Part shown: positions 58,850-64,000 of the stretch, piece by piece
Layout of the letters: every line of letters starts with the position of its first letter
How positions within the stretch are numbered: position 1 is the first letter of the stretch
Virus record (IMG/VR): IMGVR_UViG_3300021440_000018
Span: 15,165 to 79,164 of that record
Reading direction: 5' to 3' (one strand)
DNA length: 64,000 nucleotides
DNA from: a virus
Translations under genes and position numbers: made by a program
Notes under the pieces: generated by a model
What the model was told of the DNA's origin: nothing
The model's database searches: none
Seen by the model: the letters and a program-made list of their open reading frames with translations, nothing else

Positions 58850-59179
58850 TTAGCTCACATCGCCGTAGGACGCCACGAACGAGGGCGCGGTCGTTGTATG
58901 GGCACCCCCGAGGACGCCCTGGATCTTCTTCGTGGTCGCATCCAGCACCTGGATGACCTCGTAGGCCAAGGTGGCGTCAGGGTCGAGGGCGAGCTTCGCA
59001 ATCTTGCGCAGCGTGCCGTTGTTGTTGTAGTACAGGGTCACCGTGGCCGCGACCGTGTCGGCGTTGTGCACAGTGACGTTGCGAACGACGTGGGTGTGGG
59101 CGCTGGCGGGCACGGGGACGATGTCCACAGCCGTCGACCCGTTGAATACCCCGTCGGCTGATTTCTCTGCGAAAGCCAT
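58850..59179 (-). CDS. Virion structural protein
   Basis: Beta-rich; tail operon context. Confidence 0.6.
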   Translation of the reverse strand: MAFAEKSADGVFNGSTAVDIVPVPASAHTHVVRNVTVHNADTVAATVTLYYNNNGTLRKIAKLALDPDATLAYEVIQVLDATTKKIQGVLGGAHTTTAPSFVASYGDVS

Positions 59180-59180
59180 G

Positions 59181-59855
59181 TCAATACCCCATCCACGATC
59201 TTTGGTGAGACAGCGTCACGTCCGACAGCTCGGACGAGTGGCTGGCCGCGTAGTTCAAGAACTGCCAGGTCCAGCGCTGGTCGAACTGCGCTGAGCTTGG
59301 TGTAGCCCCATTTTGCACATACGACAATGCAATGATAACGCCCGCCTGCAGCGGCTCGACGGTGGCCAGGGCGATGGTGGCGTTGGCTGCCAGCGAGACC
59401 GGCATCACGATCACGACAGACCCGGACAGCGCAACGCCGACGGACGCCGCCATGTTCGGCGAGTACGGGCCCGTCGAACTCCCCTCGCCTTCGAGCAGCA
59501 GCTTCGCCGTGACGACGAACAACTGCCCGGCCTCGTCGGCATCGGCGGTGTAGGGCTCGGCGAAGCGCGCCTTCCACCACAGGAGACCTGGGCCCTGGTT
59601 GGCGACCTGGGCGCTGAAGGGCTGAACGCCGACCTGCAGAGGCCCCTCGAACCAGTCGTGCACCGCCAGCATCTGTGGGTAGGTCAACTCCATCTTGACC
59701 GTCACGTAGCGCGGGACGGTGGTGTAGACCCGGCGTCGCCTATCGTGCCCCGTCACCATCGGAACGTCCGCGTACATCGGGACGAGTTCGATGTTGTGCC
59801 CCTCCGCGCTGAACGCGGGGGTGCCTGGTGGCAGGGTCAGCTCGGGCAGAGCCAT
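59181..59855 (-). CDS. Distal tail-like protein
   Basis: Immediately after the tape measure gene; RRRVYT...LT..Q......WF...L..G...F. Confidence 0.65.
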   Translation of the reverse strand: MALPELTLPPGTPAFSAEGHNIELVPMYADVPMVTGHDRRRRVYTTVPRYVTVKMELTYPQMLAVHDWFEGPLQVGVQPFSAQVANQGPGLLWWKARFAEPYTADADEAGQLFVVTAKLLLEGEGSSTGPYSPNMAASVGVALSGSVVIVMPVSLAANATIALATVEPLQAGVIIALSYVQNGATPSSAQFDQRWTWQFLNYAASHSSELSDVTLSHQRSWMGY

Positions 59856-62800
59856 CAGTAGCGCGGCGTCGTACCGCCCGGGTTCAGGCCGAAGCGGCGC
59901 TGGGTGGCGTCATGCACCCGCCCGCCGCTGGCCATGTCGCTGGCCACCGCATCGAGCACCAGGTCGATGATCGTGCCCTCGGGGGTCTCGCGCTGGCTGC
60001 TCTGGGCCTTCACCGGGGCGCCGTTGTTGATGACGTTCAACGTCACGGGCCGCGGCGCGGCGCTGGGGGCGCTGCCGCCGTAGTTGGCAACGCCCAGCAC
60101 GCCCCCAGGGCCGCGCTTCAGGGGGACGACGGCCTCCTCGCCGGCCTCGCCCATGACGCCGAACTTCGACCCCTTGGCAAACATGAAGGGCGTGGGTCGG
60201 CTGACGACGCTGTTGGTGAAGGTGCCGCCGCGGGCGAATGCCTCGTGAGTGCCAAAGACGCCGCCCTTGGCGTATGGGACATTGCCGACGCCGCCCGGCA
60301 AGAGTCCACCGCCGCCGCCTCCACTGAGTGCATTGAGGATGAAGTTCCCACCGGCCTTCATCAACACGCTGAGTTGATCCATCATCGGCTTGACCAGCAT
60401 CGCCTTCGTCAGTTCGGCGCGCAGGGTCTCGCCTAGGGACTTGGCGTCCATCTTCCCCGCCATGAAGAACTTCTCCAGCGATGCGCTCATCGCCGTGGTC
60501 GCCGTCTTCATGGAGTCTTCCACCAGCTTGGCGCTCGACTCGGCATTCTTGGCGTAGTCCGCCCAGAATTTCTCCCAACCGTAGGCCGCAGTCTGCGCGT
60601 ACTCTGCCTGGGACTTGGCGATCTCGGCCGAGACTTTCGCAGCCACCTGGGCGCGCTGTTTCAGTACCTCAAGGTTCTGGCCCTGCATGGCGAGGTCCTG
60701 GCGGGTAGCCTCAAGCCCCGCCTCCCTCACAGCGAGGTCGGCGCGCTGCGCCTCGACCTGCTGCTGCTTGCTGGTCAGGGCTTCACCGGAGAGACTCTTC
60801 GCCTCGGCCTCCAGCGCCAGCAGGCCCTCCAGGGCCTTGGCCTGCGCGTCCATCAACTCGCGCTCGGACTGCCGAGACCTCTCAACGGCCAACTGCTGCA
60901 GGACGATCTTCTCGCCGTACTCCTTCTGCACAGCCAGGCGAGCCGCCTCGGCTGCGGCGTCTTCAGGACGCAGCGTGCGAAGTTCGTAGGACGCGGTGAT
61001 GTCGATGTTGCGCTGAACGTCCTTCTGCCCCAACTGCTCCAGGGTCTTGTTGAAGTCGTCCTGCCCGGCACGCGCACGGGCATCGCCCTTGGCCCGGGCG
61101 ATTTCTGTCTGGTACTCCAGGTTCTTCGACGCCAGCTTGAACCTGGTCTCCTCCTGAAGAATCTCCTTGTCCAGGTTCTTCTGGTCAGCCGGGGTCAAAG
61201 TCTTCGCGTTGGCCTTCGCAGCCCTCAACTCCTCGATGTGCCGGGCCTGCATCTGCAGCAGCGTGGAGGTCTCGCTGAGGGCGCGCTGTTCGGCCATCGC
61301 TGCCCCGATGAAGGGACCGAACAGATTCGGGTTGTACTTGGCCTCATCAAGGTCCTTGCGGAACTTCATGTACTGGGCCATCTCCGCCTCTTCGGCCTTC
61401 AGCCCCTCGATCATGAGGCGGCTCTTGGCGAGTTCGTCGGCGTGGGCGAGCGCACTTTGATCCCCTACGTATGCCTCCTTTCCAAAGTTCCCTTTAACTC
61501 GACCCGATGCCTCCTCCGTTGCCATCTTGGCGTTAGTGGAGGCAGCATTCTTCAGAGCACGAACGGCTTCCTCAGCTTTGTTGACCCCCTCGTAGGTTCG
61601 CATGTAGGAGTCAACTAGGGCGGCCCTACTCCCCTCAATAGCCTTATCAGCAGCGGCCATGGCACGAACGCCCTGGGCCGACTGGCTGAACTCTGAACCC
61701 TCGATCTTCGCCTTGTTGGCCAAATTCTGAGCGTGAAGCCGACGAAGAATCGCCCGCTCCGCCTCCCCCTCTTGGCGGATCTGCTCTACTACCGCCAAGC
61801 GCTGAACTTCCTGCGCAGCCAGCGCCTCCGTAGTTCCATTTCTGCGGGCCTCAATCAGCTTATTCAGCCGGGCCGTCTCCTCCTTTATCGCCTCAAGGGA
61901 GGCCCTTGCGGCAACGCCCGCCGCCCTGCCGGACTCAGTTGAAGCATCAACCGACCGCTCCTTGTAGAGAGCCCACATCGCCACCGCCCCACCGATAGCG
62001 GCACCGATTGCCCCAATCCACCCCATAGCCACCTGGAGGCGAGCAAAACCCCCCGCTGCCGCCGCAGTCATGGCCGGTGCAGCGGACAGTGCTGCATTTA
62101 AGCTCCCAGTCCCAACTGCTGCGGCAGCAGAGGTCACGCCCAGCGTCGCTACCCCGCGGGACAGCGTGGTCACCATGTTCGTGAGCGAGGTTATGGCGGC
62201 AAAACTTAGCGTGACTGCCTTCCACGCAACGTAAGCACGAGCTAACTCATACACCACATCTGCGTGCTTGACCAAAACACTGGTGAACTCAGCCACCAAG
62301 GTCATCAGGCTCTTTACAGAACTCTGGAATTCCTTGGAGGAGAAGACTTCCTTTAGCTTCATGCTCAGTTCGAGCACGGCCGGCTCCACTGACTGGAATG
62401 CCTTAACCAAGCTGGCCTCCAAGGCGGAAGCGACAGCCTTTACCTGATTCTGAGCCGTCAAACTTTGAGCACTGGCAGCCATGGCCATGAAGCCAGGAGC
62501 ATCCGCCATAAGCGCCCGCATGCGGTCTAGTTCAGTCTTGGCCACCTTGCCTGTGGTTTCAAGGGAGGTACGGTACGCAGAAAGGTTGGCTACGAGGGCC
62601 TTAGTACCACGTTCGTTGCCAAGGTCCTGAAGGACCCTAATTTGGGACTTGGCATCAAACTTATCTAGTGCGGCAGCTAGTTCAGGAATGATCTGAGAAA
62701 GTGGCCGTATCCCCCCAGTGAACCTGTCAATTACGTCGACATTCAAAGTCCTCTCAAGGACCTTACGGGCTTTCTCAGAGGCCCCGGTCAATTCACTGTA

Positions 62801-63970
62801 CATCTGCCGCATAGCAGTACCAGCGGCAGACCCCTTGATACCTATCTGGCTCAACAGAGCCAGGGTCACAGAGGTGTCCGCCAGGCTTACCCTGTACTGC
62901 TGGGCTACCACCGAGGCCGTCTTGAACGACTCGGACATCCCCTCAATGGATGCCATCGATGAGGCTGCGGCCTTTGCCACCATGTCACCCACGACATTAA
63001 AGTCGCGGGCGGAATACCCGTAGGCCGTAGCAATAGACACCAGACTCTCGGCGGACTTCTCCAAGCTGACTTGGCCTACAACAGAGAAGTCCTTTACGGC
63101 AGGCAGAGCCTCTAGTTGCTGACGAGCATCGAGACCCGCCATCGCCAGGGTCTTGAGGGCGCTGGCAATCTCCCGCGGCCCGAAGGGTCCATTGTTGCGG
63201 GTATCCAGCAGAGCCGCATTAAGCCTCTCGACGGAAGCAGCGGACTCCCCGCCTAAATTCTTGATCAGGGCCAGTTCGTTCCCGACCTGCATTCCGTCCC
63301 GGAGACCCTTCACGAGCCCGTGGGAGATCGCTGCGCCCGCCAGCAGAGGAGCAATCTGCCCCCAGGTTAACCAAATAGCACCGAAGCCTGACGCGAGGCC
63401 TCGGGCGGCAGAGTGGCCATCCCGCAGAGCTTGGTTCAGGCTGTGTTGGGCTGCGGTCGCTTCCCCCACCTTCCGCTTGTACTGCTCAAGGGTCGAAACC
63501 TCCGGCAGCAGCGAAGACTTCTTAGGGCCCAGGAAAGACTTCGTAGCCTCTTCCCCGATCTCCCCTGACATCGCCTGGGCCGCCGCGATGGAAATTCCAC
63601 GGCCGGTGTAGCTACGCGAAGCCTCTGCCTTCAGCTTCTCCCATCGACCCGCCAGAGCCTGCTGTTCGGCCTCCATCTGCGCCTTGATCTGGGCGCTGAA
63701 GGTCTTGACCTCGCTGATCGAGGGCACCCCGAGAAGGGCACGTACGTCGTCTTCGGTGTGCCGCGCAGCCGACCGAACGCGGAAGGCCGCAACCTGCGCC
63801 GTCTCGTTCGCTTGCGCCTGCATTTGCGCCTTGATCTGGGCGCTGAAGGTCTTGACCTCGCTGATCGAGGGCACCCCGAGAAGGGCGCGCACGTCGTCTT
63901 CTGTGTGCCGAGCAGCAGACCGGATGCGGAAGGCAGAAACCTGCGCCGTCTCGGCCGCCTGCGCCTCCAT
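59855..63970 (-). CDS. Tail tape measure protein (at least 1371 aa; true start probably upstream)
   Basis: Ala-rich helical; GIKGSAAGTAMR core; C-terminal YAKGG/FARGG/MGEAGEEAVVPL. Confidence 0.92.
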   Translation of the reverse strand: MEAQAAETAQVSAFRIRSAARHTEDDVRALLGVPSISEVKTFSAQIKAQMQAQANETAQVAAFRVRSAARHTEDDVRALLGVPSISEVKTFSAQIKAQMEAEQQALAGRWEKLKAEASRSYTGRGISIAAAQAMSGEIGEEATKSFLGPKKSSLLPEVSTLEQYKRKVGEATAAQHSLNQALRDGHSAARGLASGFGAIWLTWGQIAPLLAGAAISHGLVKGLRDGMQVGNELALIKNLGGESAASVERLNAALLDTRNNGPFGPREIASALKTLAMAGLDARQQLEALPAVKDFSVVGQVSLEKSAESLVSIATAYGYSARDFNVVGDMVAKAAASSMASIEGMSESFKTASVVAQQYRVSLADTSVTLALLSQIGIKGSAAGTAMRQMYSELTGASEKARKVLERTLNVDVIDRFTGGIRPLSQIIPELAAALDKFDAKSQIRVLQDLGNERGTKALVANLSAYRTSLETTGKVAKTELDRMRALMADAPGFMAMAASAQSLTAQNQVKAVASALEASLVKAFQSVEPAVLELSMKLKEVFSSKEFQSSVKSLMTLVAEFTSVLVKHADVVYELARAYVAWKAVTLSFAAITSLTNMVTTLSRGVATLGVTSAAAAVGTGSLNAALSAAPAMTAAAAGGFARLQVAMGWIGAIGAAIGGAVAMWALYKERSVDASTESGRAAGVAARASLEAIKEETARLNKLIEARRNGTTEALAAQEVQRLAVVEQIRQEGEAERAILRRLHAQNLANKAKIEGSEFSQSAQGVRAMAAADKAIEGSRAALVDSYMRTYEGVNKAEEAVRALKNAASTNAKMATEEASGRVKGNFGKEAYVGDQSALAHADELAKSRLMIEGLKAEEAEMAQYMKFRKDLDEAKYNPNLFGPFIGAAMAEQRALSETSTLLQMQARHIEELRAAKANAKTLTPADQKNLDKEILQEETRFKLASKNLEYQTEIARAKGDARARAGQDDFNKTLEQLGQKDVQRNIDITASYELRTLRPEDAAAEAARLAVQKEYGEKIVLQQLAVERSRQSERELMDAQAKALEGLLALEAEAKSLSGEALTSKQQQVEAQRADLAVREAGLEATRQDLAMQGQNLEVLKQRAQVAAKVSAEIAKSQAEYAQTAAYGWEKFWADYAKNAESSAKLVEDSMKTATTAMSASLEKFFMAGKMDAKSLGETLRAELTKAMLVKPMMDQLSVLMKAGGNFILNALSGGGGGGLLPGGVGNVPYAKGGVFGTHEAFARGGTFTNSVVSRPTPFMFAKGSKFGVMGEAGEEAVVPLKRGPGGVLGVANYGGSAPSAAPRPVTLNVINNGAPVKAQSSQRETPEGTIIDLVLDAVASDMASGGRVHDATQRRFGLNPGGTTPRY
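63677..63970 (-). repeat. Two tandem 147-bp (49-aa) repeats in the tape measure gene
   Basis: Near-identical units at 63970-63824 and 63823-63677. Confidence 0.9.
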
Positions 63971-64000
63971 CTGCGCCTTGAGCTAGGCCCTGGAGGTCGG

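Noticed and set aside
2068-63985. Genome-wide TAG-to-Gln recoding
   Set aside because: Portal, TerL and holin end at TAG at sensible lengths, and no other gene appears fragmented

Overview
A 64-kb, GC-rich stretch of one temperate tailed dsDNA phage with a long non-contractile tail; no host housekeeping genes are present. The host is plausibly a betaproteobacterium (inference from the tRNA-Cys-like attP and gene content). Leftward head/packaging genes at 0.7-7.1 kb include a portal, a lambda-GpA-like TerL and a stand-alone secreted dockerin-like gene. A highly structured, mostly non-coding divergence region at 7.1-9.8 kb holds GGG-tract microsatellites, tandem hairpins, and a symmetric element of 20-bp repeats, IHF-consensus sites and a 36-bp inverted repeat. 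A rightward early array of about 45 mostly small ORFs at 9.8-25 kb is punctuated by recurring TGACA and RBS linker motifs. A complete replication/recombination module follows at 25-42 kb: intein-containing SNF2-like helicase, primase-helicase, SSB candidate, DEDDh exonuclease, dNMP kinase, TraR, full-length PolA, resolvase, Mre11/Rad50. Then come a tyrosine integrase with an intact tRNA-Cys-derived attP (45.9-47.2 kb) and leftward accessory, lysis and tail genes ending in the tape measure gene. All product calls come from motif recognition, not database searches. The best leads are the symmetric 9.27-9.68 kb element, a possible transcription-oriented TGACA operator network, the dockerin, and the acidic Zn-repeat protein/M28 peptidase cassette.
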